A stretch of DNA of 40,916 bases. It comes from a virus (Duplodnaviria > Caudoviricetes). Location: the IMG/VR virus record IMGVR_UViG_3300033150_003027, positions 1-40,916 of that record; one strand, written 5' to 3'. The notes under the pieces are model-generated. The model saw nothing but the letters and a program-made list of their open reading frames with translations. It was not told where the DNA came from and made no database searches. Below, one piece after another: positions 1-9,456 of the stretch (its first letter is position 1; each line of letters starts with the position of its first letter). The translations under genes were made by a program, and so were the position numbers.

Positions 1-513
1 TTGGTTCCTTTGGCACTTCAAGAACTCGATAAAGCAAATAATGATTCTAATCTTTCCCCAAAGACTATTCGTTGGTTTTCTCAAATACCAACAGATGAGG
101 AAGTAATTCGACCGCAACGGGATAAAGAAGAGGATTCTTGCGATGATAAACCGGGAAATATATATTTCTCGAACTTTCGCCAAAAAAAGGGGGGAGTATC
201 TTTGAGCGATAACTTTATGGAAGAGTTAGTAAAAGACATGAATTCTGAAATGAAAGAAATGCATAGTAAAATTGGTAATATCCAAGGGCGAATTGAGAGT
301 ATCGAAGGTAAAATTGGAAGTATTGAAGGTAGAATTGAGAATATTCAAGGACAAATTGGGAGCATTGAAGGTAAAATTGGGAACATCCAAGGGCAAATTG
401 AAACCAACAGTAAATGGTTTTGGGGGTTGCTCGTACCTTCTTTAGTAAGTATAGTTTATTTTTTGTATAAAGCAGTATATATATTAGGCCAGTTAAAAGT
501 TGTATCTAAATAA
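1..513 (+). CDS. Hypothetical coiled-coil heptad-repeat protein with C-terminal transmembrane segment; true start may be TTG at 202
   Basis: KIGNIQG/RIESIEG-type heptads, hydrophobic WFWGLLVPSLVSIVYFLY tail, SD-like AAGGGGGGAG just before TTG 202; AT-rich. Confidence 0.7.
   Translation: MVPLALQELDKANNDSNLSPKTIRWFSQIPTDEEVIRPQRDKEEDSCDDKPGNIYFSNFRQKKGGVSLSDNFMEELVKDMNSEMKEMHSKIGNIQGRIESIEGKIGSIEGRIENIQGQIGSIEGKIGNIQGQIETNSKWFWGLLVPSLVSIVYFLYKAVYILGQLKVVSK
268..402 (+). repeat. Six degenerate 21-bp tandem units encoding heptad repeats
   Basis: Units start at 268, 289, 310, 331, 352 and 373 (e.g. AAAATTGGTAATATCCAAGGG and AAAATTGGGAACATCCAAGGG). Confidence 0.9.
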
Positions 514-864
514 ATGTAATCTACATTACTTAATTTAATACTACAAACCTTGCAATCCTTGCTAAACAAGATTTTTGTGGAATTGCAAAAATATACGGAA
601 AAGCAAACCCAAAAACACAACTTACGATCCAATAGCCTTAGGGCGTACTCGAGAGACCAATAGTAGTAAGAATCTTGTCTAAGTTATCCCGGTAAACAGT
701 ATTTATGACCTCTGTTATAACCAACATGTTCCCTGCCTCACGTCTTGGTAAGATTCTACCAAGAATATCGGGAATCCTTTTTCGACTTCAACACTTTTCA
801 TTTCTCCCGTCCAAATGTCATTACAAATTATTGCCTTACCTGGCAAAAAGATACGGATCCGAGT

Positions 865-897
865 AAACAAAAAACACCCCCGGTTTCCCGGGGGATG
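865..897 (-). terminator. Intrinsic terminator ending the late/lysis operon
   Basis: CCCCCGG-TTTC-CCGGGGG hairpin (877-894) followed on the - strand by TGTTTTTTGTTT, just after the endolysin stop. Confidence 0.85.
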
Positions 898-904
898 TGG
901 ATGG

Positions 905-1534
905 TTACTTCGTTATCCGGTTGATGATTGTGGCAAGCTCTCCCCAAGACACTCTGTCGCCGGGCTGGTGGTTGCTGTTTATGATGCCTTTTTTCCGCAG
1001 GATTCGGATTTCCATTTCTGGATCCCAAGGCTCGGGTCGCAGTTGATATTTTGTGATTTTAACTCGGTCAATGAACTGGCCCCACTTTGGCCAGAGTATG
1101 TGAGGGCATTCCGTCTTGGTCCACCTGCGATGAGGAACCACACGGTCCGCAGGTAGATTAAGCGTCACCAGGAGCCATGCCACCAAGAGTACCGCGTTTT
1201 CTTCTGCTTTGATGCGATCACCATCAGCGTTTTCGCAGATTTCAACTCCGATACTCTTCATGTTTCCAGGACCTCGACCGTCGCCCGCATGCCATCCGAT
1301 CTCATTGAGTGGAAGATGCTGAACGGCCCCCTGGTCATCAACGGTAAAATGCCAAGATACTGGGAGGCTGGCTGCCTTATCTCCCTTGAGGTAAGCTGCA
1401 TGGGCCGCTGCATCCGCACCTTTCGCAGGATTCGCAGTATCATGAACTGTGATGAACTCCGCAAGTAGAGGTAGGGCCGGTCTGTTTTTGCGACCAAACG
1501 GGATGAAATCCTCAGTCAGAGGTATTGGACACAT
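905..1534 (-). CDS. Endolysin, N-acetylmuramoyl-L-alanine amidase (Amidase_2, XlyA-like) with SLH-like C-terminal motif
   Basis: ITVHDTAN, SWHFTVD, WHAGDG, SIGVEIC, VVPH, ECP motifs; follows holin; start ATG 1534 chosen from upstream GGTGAG. Confidence 0.93.
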   Translation of the reverse strand: MCPIPLTEDFIPFGRKNRPALPLLAEFITVHDTANPAKGADAAAHAAYLKGDKAASLPVSWHFTVDDQGAVQHLPLNEIGWHAGDGRGPGNMKSIGVEICENADGDRIKAEENAVLLVAWLLVTLNLPADRVVPHRRWTKTECPHILWPKWGQFIDRVKITKYQLRPEPWDPEMEIRILRKKGIINSNHQPGDRVSWGELATIINRITK

Positions 1535-1934
1535 CAATTTGCTCACCAGCATCAGCCTTCTTTCTGAGCTGCTCAAGAGCGCTCTTCAGAAATGTTGGTA
1601 TCGGTACGCCTGCTCTACTGCAATTTTCAATGATGCTCAGTGCTTCGTTAGCCAGATAGAACCATATCGCTAGCGAACGAAAAATTTCCTGCCCAAGCGC
1701 CTTATCCAACTGAAATGCCAGTGCCACTATCACGAAGAGCAGGACTTTCTTCATGATGCCCCGGGCTCCGATCTCCGAGTTCAGCTTCTTCTCGCTCCAG
1801 GCCGCAATGAGTCCTGTAATATAGTCGAGAACTACAAACAAAACGAGAACCCGGAGCATCAGGTCCCATCCTCCGAGAAAACTGGTGAGAAGGCCACCTA
1901 AAACCGCAATACCGGATTTAATATACTTTTCCAT
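1512..1934 (-). CDS. Holin (Phage_holin_4 / toxin secretion-phage lysis holin type)
   Basis: FLGGWD, DYITG, LNSEIG.RGI.KK, NEALSIIEN..RAGVPIP motifs; hydrophobic helices; adjacent to endolysin. Confidence 0.93.
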   Translation of the reverse strand: MEKYIKSGIAVLGGLLTSFLGGWDLMLRVLVLFVVLDYITGLIAAWSEKKLNSEIGARGIMKKVLLFVIVALAFQLDKALGQEIFRSLAIWFYLANEALSIIENCSRAGVPIPTFLKSALEQLRKKADAGEQIDVSNTSD

Positions 1935-1955
1935 GTTTATCCCCCCTGAATTAAC

Positions 1956-1978
1956 ACAAAAGCCGCCTCCGGGCGGCT
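1956..1978 (-). terminator. Putative intrinsic terminator between tail genes and holin
   Basis: AGCCGCC-TCCG-GGCGGCT hairpin (1961-1978) followed on the - strand by TTTGTGTT. Confidence 0.7.
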
Positions 1979-2001
1979 ATAATATCATGTTAAGACCTAT
2001 A

Positions 2002-2238
2002 TCAGACTATCTTCCCCAACACCACTCCACTATTTCCGACTAAAGCAATTAAAACCCGATCGCCAGCGGCTGGTGTGTAACTTGAAAGGTAGGGATACGT
2101 CTTTGTACTAGGGCTTGACTCGCCGTCGAATTGTACTTGAGGACGGCCTGCGGTGTATGAAGCTGGAATGGTCCCAATGCGGAATACCCTAGTAGATTCG
2201 TGGGAGGCAAGGATAGCAATCAAATCTTCTGCTTTCAT
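2002..2238 (-). CDS. Small tail-tip/baseplate-associated protein (OB-fold spike-like)
   Basis: GRPQVQFDGE...YTPAAGDRVL...VVLGKI pattern; coupled to the upstream tail gene. Confidence 0.65.
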   Translation of the reverse strand: MKAEDLIAILASHESTRVFRIGTIPASYTAGRPQVQFDGESSPSTKTYPYLSSYTPAAGDRVLIALVGNSGVVLGKIV

Positions 2239-3344
2239 ACACTTACAACCCTCCGGATTCTATGTTTCATCTTCGCTCCTGCCCTCAGTTCCATTTCCCA
2301 CGAGACCTCAGCATACTTGGCCGCTAAGCCCAGGGCCGAAAAGTATAGTTCTATCACATCACTATCGCTGTGTATGGGCATGATTGCGGTTTCAAATTCT
2401 ACCTGCTGATATACTTGCGAGGCCTCAAAAGCTAGACGGGCTGCTTTTGCATCAAGACTATCCTGGTCTGCCGCATCTTCTCCTTCTCGGAAGTCCACGA
2501 TGACTCGGCCTCTAGACACAGTTGAGGTTGGACTATCAGGATTATCATTTGTATATGTGCTAACTAAGACTGGGCGGTCAGGTTCGGATACTACCAAGAC
2601 CCAACGATTAGCCACATCAAATAAGTCTAAAGTTTCAACAACCTCTGGAAAGATTACGCTTTGATCGTCATCCCGATAAGTATATTCGGCGGCCCTATCA
2701 GCAGGACTAATATAGGGTTCTGCCACAGCCACGCCGTTTTCGTCAAACCACAAAGATCGGTAGTTTATTGCGCTCAAGAGGTCGTTTATTATCCGGAGTT
2801 TTGGCGTCCCGGGTGCCCACTCTCTGTCCGCTGGTAAGGTTTTGTCGGTAGGCGTCAAATTTTGATTAGTGATTCCCGCCCCGTCCAGTATCTGCTTAAC
2901 CGCGGTGATGTAATTCGTACCTGCTGTAACGGTACATCTGTCGGTCACCCTGTCGTCGCGAAGAATCACCAACTGGTCATAAGCCTCTACTTCCCTTATT
3001 ATTTGGCCCGTTTTAGTGACCTTCCGCGTCGGCGTGGAAAGGAGAAATACTCCCTGAGGCCACTCGGCCCATCCTCCATCAGGCATTTTCAATCTAATCC
3101 ACGGCTTAATCCGGTCAGAGAGCCAGTTTATATTAGCACTGTCCATCAAAGTAAAACGAGCTGTTCGCTTGATTTCAGCTAAGGCATTGTTCGCCACAGA
3201 AGCTGCCAAAACAGAATCAAGCCATCCCTTTGGCTGATTGTTTTTATCTAAGAGTTGATAACGGAACGAGAGAGTCCGGGCAGGAGCGTGAAGGGCGACT
3301 CGGACCTCCTCAGCTGTATATCCATTTCTCCCAAGAGCCTGCAC
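2235..3344 (-). CDS. Minor tail protein, baseplate hub/Tal-like
   Basis: 369 aa, located after the Dit-like gene; WPQGVFLLSTP, LWFDENG, SRGRVIV motifs typical of siphovirus hub proteins. Confidence 0.72.
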   Translation of the reverse strand: MQALGRNGYTAEEVRVALHAPARTLSFRYQLLDKNNQPKGWLDSVLAASVANNALAEIKRTARFTLMDSANINWLSDRIKPWIRLKMPDGGWAEWPQGVFLLSTPTRKVTKTGQIIREVEAYDQLVILRDDRVTDRCTVTAGTNYITAVKQILDGAGITNQNLTPTDKTLPADREWAPGTPKLRIINDLLSAINYRSLWFDENGVAVAEPYISPADRAAEYTYRDDDQSVIFPEVVETLDLFDVANRWVLVVSEPDRPVLVSTYTNDNPDSPTSTVSRGRVIVDFREGEDAADQDSLDAKAARLAFEASQVYQQVEFETAIMPIHSDSDVIELYFSALGLAAKYAEVSWEMELRAGAKMKHRIRRVVSV

Positions 3345-6300
3345 TTAGACCGCCTCCGAATAATCCACAGCAATAATTTCGAAGGTTGCTTCTTGGCCGT
3401 AGTGCGTGTCGATCTCGGGTAGTTTCAAAATGACTCCGAAGACCTTGCGACCACTACCATCCCGGTAACAGAGAATTGAACGTCGACGGGCCAAAGCCCG
3501 AAGGACTGCCCAATCATTGGAATTCTTAAGCATCTGCAATCCGACTCGAACACGCTCCTCTGCTTGCTCGCCAAATTCGATTACAGGCAGAGTGCGGCCA
3601 GCGAACCGTAACATCTCAGCCTCAGGCTGCCAGTCCTCGCCACACTCAAGACCGTCATATAAGAAGTGATGAGTTGTTCCAACCGGGTCAACTGGGTCAT
3701 GGAGCCAGACACCTGTAAATTGGACAGACCCGCTCTGCACGGAGCTTTCCGCCGTCGTTTCATCTACTGAAACTGCGACTGCTTTGTATTCGTATTCCAT
3801 GCCGCTAGCGACGGTATAATCATCGTATCCACTATTTACAGGCAAGTCTGCGGCAATTCGTACCCATTCGCCGCCTGTTTCGCGTCGGTAGATATGGTTG
3901 CGACTTGTTGCAGGTTTGCCTGGATCATTATCAGGATTGGTAATCGTAAGTATTATCTTTGCTCCTGCATCATCCTCTGTAATCCCCAATACTGGATTGG
4001 TAGGTGGCACAAAATCTGTCGAAAACGTAGAACTAGCCGTATGACTCTGCCCTGTAGAATCCCAAACGGTTACCTCCACCGTGTACTGGGAATAATTGTC
4101 CAAGATAGTTTCGAACCTATATTCGGTATTGTCTCCTGCCAAGATTCCCGAATCTTCGAGAACCTGCAACTCTGCATCTTTTAATACCGCCTGATATTGC
4201 ACCTGCGGATCTGATTCGGGGTCTGAATAAGACCACGTAACAGTCAAGACACCCTTGCCATAACTGCCACCATCCGGTGGGTTTGTTATTGAACATGCAG
4301 GAGGCCGCCCAGTCCTAATGCTTACCAGGGACGAATATTCACCTACAACATCTTGCGAATCCCAAGTCCGCACCTGCCATTGATAGTCAATACCGTTTTC
4401 AAGGGTATCAGCAGGTAAAACATGACTGCTTGCACTGCTCGCAACTTTTCCAGAATCATAAACAGTTGTTCCATCGCTTACGCGCTTGATCAAAAGTTGA
4501 TACGCCGATTGCACATCGCCATTATTTGCTTCGTCAGGATCTTGAAATTCCCAAGAAAAAGTTTTGCTAGCCGAAGCATCGAACACTTCCCCATTTTCCG
4601 GGGTTAGATTTGTAGGAGCATAAGGAGCCTGATTCGTGTAGATATATACCGGATCACTATAAGACCCAAACAACCCAGAACCAGTGTCCTTGGTTCGAAC
4701 CTTCCAATAATATTTGGTGCTTCCTTCCAGCACGCTACCAGGCACATTGTAACTGCTTGAACCTGATGTAACTTCTCCGCTGTCGTGGACCAACGTGTCA
4801 TCGAAAGCGCGGTAGATTAGAACCTGGAATGACTGCTGTGGATCGCTATCTGGATCATTATGTGTCCAAGTCAGGGTAGGTGTAAGAGCGTTCACTTCTT
4901 CTGGATCTCCGCTCGTTCCTCCAGGACTAAGGTTTGTTGGCACTCCAGCAGTACGGTTGGGCTCGAAATACTGCGCCGTTGTTAAACTGCTCTGCCTGCC
5001 ATAAGGATCCTCAACCTGAACCTGCCAGTAGTAAGTTACACCGTAAGTCAGATCCCCTGCCTGAACATCATAATATTCATTTGAAGAAGTCACCCATCCA
5101 GTGTCACGAATAGTAGCGTTATCAGAAGCGCGTTTAATCAGGATCCGATACTTCGCCTGACTATCTCCATCCGGGTCTGAGAATGACCACTGAAGCCTAG
5201 GCGTGTCATCATTGGTAATAACCTTGGGATTCCCTGAATCCCCCAGCGGTGAAACTGGAGACGCCGAAGGAGCACGGTTGGTGTAAATATACACCTCAGA
5301 AGTATAATCGCTCCACAGACCGCCAGGATCTTTTACCCGGACCTTCCAACGGTAAGTCTGCCCTTCTGCCAGAACACCGCCAGGCACATCATAGTATTGA
5401 TTCGAAGAAGAGACTTCCCCAGTATCTTTTACAACCACGCCATCCGAATCGCGCGTAATTATGACCTGAAAACTTGCCTGCGAATCTCCATCCGGATCAG
5501 AAAATGACCACGATAATCTTGGTGTGGTGGTGTTAACTCTTTCAGGACTCCCCGATGAACCTCCAGGTGTAAGCGAACTAGCCGTAGGAGGAGTGTTATA
5601 AACTACAGTTAGTTTTGGACGCTTAGATGCATCAGAATAGTCATCCGAAGCCAAGCGCACGTACTGTGGACTTGCCGAAGATATGCCATTCCAGACAAAT
5701 CCATAGTTAGTCCTAACTCCGGTAGTCCAAGCCACTACAGATTCGGTAACATCCCATGAGTACCAGCCAGAAGGCAAATCATGGTCAATAGACCAACGGT
5801 ATAGATCCTTAGAACGATATCTGGGGCTGGTGTTGTAAGTCACATTTTCTGGCCAATCGCCATCGATCTCCTGCAAATAGATGGACTTGGTATATATCCA
5901 GGTACCGGTTCCAATTACATATAGGGCATAAGTAGCCGACGAAACAACCGCATTAGCAGGAATAGATGACAAATCAAAATAAACATACGCATCATATGCA
6001 CACTGATCATATGGACTATCTGCCCCAGCACGCAAAACTTGGTCATTAGCATGCGATGTATCGGAATTATACGAATCAACATAAGTCGCTTTTCCAGAAG
6101 GGTCCAACTGAATAACTGTAGTTGGGTCTAAAATCACCGGAAACTGTCTATCAGGATCATCAAGCCATGCACGGTCAACCTGAAGCACTAATTCAAGCCC
6201 ATTCTGGCCTTCTCCGATCCATTGGTACGCCTTGCCTTCCTGATCTTCTGCATCATACACAACAGGGCGCTTGAACCTAGCAACTACCTTACCATTTCTA

Positions 6301-6809
6301 AGCCAGTCAATCGTGCCATCTCGTAACTGCCGATAATCTAATCCACCTGCGCTTATGCTAAATCGGAATTCATTCGTGGCATTTGCTGATTTGATTATGA
6401 ACTCCGATTTTATGGCTTTATGATATACTCGCCGAACCCAATCAATGCCATCCCAGGCATCTGGATATGTTGCTTTTGACCCTTGGATCTGAGTCTTCGA
6501 ATTATTCACATTAACAGGGCGAATAATTATATGACCTTTTCCAGGAACCTCAAAACGCTGTGGGCCTTTCGCACTTCCGGGGAAATGAGCACGGAAAGGT
6601 GCTTTTACAACCCTGTGTTGGTATCCTTGTCCACGCTCACCAGCCTGGGCATCTTCGATAGTCGTATCAATATCCTGCCACTTTCCATGCTCATCCTGAT
6701 AGTGTATAGGCCCAATGTATATTTCAGCCTCAATCTTTCCATCATCACGCAACCAGTGTTTGCTGTTTATAGTTCTACGGTGTATTAACTCTCGAATTCT
6801 TTTCGCCAT
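3345..6809 (-). CDS. Large minor tail protein: WapA/RHS-type N-terminal module + DNRLRE-like domain + 5-6 FN3/Ig repeats + C-terminal Dit-like domain
   Basis: 1154 aa directly after tape measure; repeated W.F.DPD.D.Q..Y.V.I...DSG.V...Y.W.V motifs; YVYFDLSSIPANAVVSSA and ASDD...RPKLTVVY. Confidence 0.8.
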   Translation of the reverse strand: MAKRIRELIHRRTINSKHWLRDDGKIEAEIYIGPIHYQDEHGKWQDIDTTIEDAQAGERGQGYQHRVVKAPFRAHFPGSAKGPQRFEVPGKGHIIIRPVNVNNSKTQIQGSKATYPDAWDGIDWVRRVYHKAIKSEFIIKSANATNEFRFSISAGGLDYRQLRDGTIDWLRNGKVVARFKRPVVYDAEDQEGKAYQWIGEGQNGLELVLQVDRAWLDDPDRQFPVILDPTTVIQLDPSGKATYVDSYNSDTSHANDQVLRAGADSPYDQCAYDAYVYFDLSSIPANAVVSSATYALYVIGTGTWIYTKSIYLQEIDGDWPENVTYNTSPRYRSKDLYRWSIDHDLPSGWYSWDVTESVVAWTTGVRTNYGFVWNGISSASPQYVRLASDDYSDASKRPKLTVVYNTPPTASSLTPGGSSGSPERVNTTTPRLSWSFSDPDGDSQASFQVIITRDSDGVVVKDTGEVSSSNQYYDVPGGVLAEGQTYRWKVRVKDPGGLWSDYTSEVYIYTNRAPSASPVSPLGDSGNPKVITNDDTPRLQWSFSDPDGDSQAKYRILIKRASDNATIRDTGWVTSSNEYYDVQAGDLTYGVTYYWQVQVEDPYGRQSSLTTAQYFEPNRTAGVPTNLSPGGTSGDPEEVNALTPTLTWTHNDPDSDPQQSFQVLIYRAFDDTLVHDSGEVTSGSSSYNVPGSVLEGSTKYYWKVRTKDTGSGLFGSYSDPVYIYTNQAPYAPTNLTPENGEVFDASASKTFSWEFQDPDEANNGDVQSAYQLLIKRVSDGTTVYDSGKVASSASSHVLPADTLENGIDYQWQVRTWDSQDVVGEYSSLVSIRTGRPPACSITNPPDGGSYGKGVLTVTWSYSDPESDPQVQYQAVLKDAELQVLEDSGILAGDNTEYRFETILDNYSQYTVEVTVWDSTGQSHTASSTFSTDFVPPTNPVLGITEDDAGAKIILTITNPDNDPGKPATSRNHIYRRETGGEWVRIAADLPVNSGYDDYTVASGMEYEYKAVAVSVDETTAESSVQSGSVQFTGVWLHDPVDPVGTTHHFLYDGLECGEDWQPEAEMLRFAGRTLPVIEFGEQAEERVRVGLQMLKNSNDWAVLRALARRRSILCYRDGSGRKVFGVILKLPEIDTHYGQEATFEIIAVDYSEAV
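4010..5600 (-). repeat. Five tandem ~100-aa FN3/Ig-like repeats in the tail protein
   Basis: TPRLSWSFSDPDGDSQ, TPRLQWSFSDPDGDSQ, TPTLTWTHNDPDSDPQ, TFSWEFQDPDE, TVTWSYSDPESDPQ. Confidence 0.88.
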
Positions 6810-6812
6810 TGT

Positions 6813-9407
6813 TTACCCTCCTATCGCCCTGGCAACTTGGGGTAGCCTCTCAAACAGCATGATAATCTTCCGCACTTCATCTATGTCATTGGCGTGGACG
6901 TGGACCTCAGCCCGAAGAATCTGGGGCCTGCGAGAGATGGCTTGGGCAACTGCATGGGCAAACTTCTTATAATCAATCGGGACGCCCCGATCTAAGGGAA
7001 CTACTGCTTCAGGAATACCTTTCTCCGCAAACGCGTATTTAGCACCAGATCGCAAACCCCAGCCTACCACCGGCTCCATAAGAATGCCGCCACTGGCCAG
7101 TCCTATTGCTGACCGGAGTTCGTCAATGGATGCGCCGGGTTGTTCTCGCATAGCTGCCACAAGTGCGGAATAATCTACGATTTTTCCCGTGGCTTTGTGG
7201 ATCTGTTCTGCGATGCTCTGAGCACGGCGGTGAAACTGACGCGGTTCTTCTTTTCGCTCCGGAGGTTTAAATCCCGGTTCTAGTACCCTTTGAAGCTCCA
7301 GGGCTGCTTTGATATTTCCGGCCTCAAGATATTTTCTTTGCTGGGCACGAACCATTTCGGTTGATGCTGCCTGTTTGCTGGCGTCAGCAGCCTTTCTAAA
7401 TTCTTCTTCGGTCTTTGCTATCTCTTTCTGAAGATCTGCCCAGGCTTTCTGCTCCCGGAGAAGCTCCAGATACAGTTTTTGAGTCTCCTCAGCGTTTTCG
7501 CCTTTGAGAACCTTCATACATTCGTAGCCAGAAGACAGTTCGGCAATCTTCTGCTCAATCAACGCCAATTCGGCCTTCTGAGCTTCCAGGGACGCCGTTA
7601 AGATGTCAGTTTTATCCTTGACCGGGTCCAACTGTGCAGCGAGTAATTCGAATTTTGTCCGAACAATTTCGATACTAGTATCAATCCTGGCTGCTTCTGA
7701 ACTGATGCGATCCTGTAGGTTCATAACTGCTGTCTTGACGCGGTCGGTTTCAACAACCACTGTGCTGGCCGTTCTTGTAGCAGCATTTCCTACAGAGTCT
7801 ATTGATTCCTGCGCTTTTTTCATCTCTTCCTGCATCCGTTTCATTTCTTCCTGCATTTCTTTCTGCATCTCTTCCTGCATCCGTCTCATCTCGGCCTCGA
7901 AGTCACTTAAGCCTTCCTTACCTTCGTCGGCGCCTTTCTTGAGTTTCTTGAAGAGAAAAATTAAACCTGTAATCCCGGCTGCTATTAACCCAACAGGACC
8001 AAGCAAGGTCTTGAATGCGATTCCAAGACCAGCGATAGCAGCAGTGCTGGCAGCACCGGCAAGACTGAGTTTGGCGGCAAGCGTCGTTATCAGCGGAGTC
8101 ACTACTGCAATACCGGCTCTTATACTAACAATGGCCTGAAAGAATTGGCCCAATATCCAAATAGCTGGACCTACCACTGCCACTATTCCTGCAATAGTCA
8201 AAATGAATTTCTTCGTGGAATCGTCAAGATTGGTAACCCATTGAACTGCTGGCCGGACATATTTTTTGAGCAGTTCTTCCAGGGCTGGCTTTATTTGCTC
8301 GCCAAATGACTTGGCCATCAGCTGAAGGTCGTTTATTAGCAACTGAAATTGTGATTTGAGCGTACCGAATCGCAGTTCGGCTTCGCGGTTCAGTGCGATG
8401 TTTTCCTGCCATGCCCGATTCCCGATCTCCATGCTCTGCCGGAAGAGGTCACCAGCATTCGCCGCTCTTAGCAGAGCATCGCGGACACGTATCTCAGAAA
8501 GACCGAGTTCATCGAGCACAGCGAAAGTGTTCTGCCCGCTGGCAGAAACTCGACCGAGACCCTCGATGAAAGTGATAAGGGCACTTGCAGCGTCTTCTTT
8601 GAAGGCTCTCGCGAATTCGCTCGCCGACATACCTGCAACAGAGGCAAACATCGTTAGTTTTTCGTTGCCGGATGCAATTGCATTGGCAATCTCAATCATG
8701 ACTCTGCTTACTGCAGAACCACCGGCTTCCGCTTCGATGCCCACGGAGCTCAGAGCGCCAGCTAGAGCAAGTATCTGCGCCTCAGTCAAACCGATCTGTT
8801 TCCCGGCACCGGCAAGACGGAGGCCCATCTCAACTATCTCCGCCTCACTGGTAGACAGATTGTTACCAAGCGCAACAACGGTGGCCCCGAGCCGATCGAA
8901 TTGCGTCTGCGGCATCTGGGTAATGTTGGCCAATCGTGCAAGAGCAATCGCCGCTTGTTCACTACTTAAATTGGTAGTTACGCCAAGTTTGGCCATAACC
9001 TCGGTAAACCCAAGGATATTTTCTGTCTTTATGCCGAGCTGGCCGGCAGCTTCACCTATCCCATATAGTTCTTTTATCGCAATAGGAATCTGCCGGGCCA
9101 TATCCTCAAAACCTTGCTGCAGCGCCAAAAGTTCTTCCTCGGTAGCATCGACCGTCTTACGCACCCCTGTGAATGCGTCCTCGAGGTCGATAGAAGACTT
9201 AATGGCGGCAGCACCGAGAGCTGCAATTGGCAACGCGACCCTGGTAGTCAGTTTTGCACCGATATCTGATAAGCGTTCTCCGGCCTTCTGGAAGCCTTTA
9301 AGAGATGCCTCAGCTTGCTTAATCTTGGCCTCGGCCTGGCGCAGTCCTTCGTCAAATTTATTCAGTTTAAGACCCAGTTCGGCCCAGATAGTGCCTAAGC
9401 TTGACAT
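6813..9407 (-). CDS. Tail tape measure protein (TP901-family core)
   Basis: 864 aa Ala-rich helical protein; FTGVRKTVD, AGQLGI, LGNN, GIEAEAGGSA, ASGGI...EAVVPL motifs. Confidence 0.95.
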   Translation of the reverse strand: MSSLGTIWAELGLKLNKFDEGLRQAEAKIKQAEASLKGFQKAGERLSDIGAKLTTRVALPIAALGAAAIKSSIDLEDAFTGVRKTVDATEEELLALQQGFEDMARQIPIAIKELYGIGEAAGQLGIKTENILGFTEVMAKLGVTTNLSSEQAAIALARLANITQMPQTQFDRLGATVVALGNNLSTSEAEIVEMGLRLAGAGKQIGLTEAQILALAGALSSVGIEAEAGGSAVSRVMIEIANAIASGNEKLTMFASVAGMSASEFARAFKEDAASALITFIEGLGRVSASGQNTFAVLDELGLSEIRVRDALLRAANAGDLFRQSMEIGNRAWQENIALNREAELRFGTLKSQFQLLINDLQLMAKSFGEQIKPALEELLKKYVRPAVQWVTNLDDSTKKFILTIAGIVAVVGPAIWILGQFFQAIVSIRAGIAVVTPLITTLAAKLSLAGAASTAAIAGLGIAFKTLLGPVGLIAAGITGLIFLFKKLKKGADEGKEGLSDFEAEMRRMQEEMQKEMQEEMKRMQEEMKKAQESIDSVGNAATRTASTVVVETDRVKTAVMNLQDRISSEAARIDTSIEIVRTKFELLAAQLDPVKDKTDILTASLEAQKAELALIEQKIAELSSGYECMKVLKGENAEETQKLYLELLREQKAWADLQKEIAKTEEEFRKAADASKQAASTEMVRAQQRKYLEAGNIKAALELQRVLEPGFKPPERKEEPRQFHRRAQSIAEQIHKATGKIVDYSALVAAMREQPGASIDELRSAIGLASGGILMEPVVGWGLRSGAKYAFAEKGIPEAVVPLDRGVPIDYKKFAHAVAQAISRRPQILRAEVHVHANDIDEVRKIIMLFERLPQVARAIGG
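7821..7884 (-). repeat. Short internal duplication in the tape measure gene (RMQEEM repeats)
   Basis: CATCTCTTCCTGCATCCGT occurs at 7821 and 7866; encodes EMRRMQEEMQKEMQEEMKRMQEEMKK. Confidence 0.8.
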
Positions 9408-9456
9408 GGAAGGAAACCCCCAAACCGCTAACGAATCTTTAGGCGAGGTGGTAAAA

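Noticed and set aside
638-764. 29-codon - strand ORF (727-638) and 8-bp inverted repeat TCTTGGTA/TACCAAGA (743-764)
   Set aside because: Weak SD, too short, no recognisable motif; insufficient support for a type I TA or sRNA call
815-1156. 113-aa + strand ORF and similar antisense ORFs throughout the window
   Set aside because: Overlap well-supported genes on the opposite strand, lack SD sites and recognisable motifs
9401-9430. Perfect TTGACA upstream of the TPR moron
   Set aside because: No acceptable -10 at 16-18 bp; the hexamer is just the complement of the tape measure start region
8356-9456. First ~365 codons of the 526-aa + strand ORF
   Set aside because: Antisense shadow of the tape measure gene (Ser/Ala-rich mirror); only the part from GTG 9457 has an SD and protein-like composition
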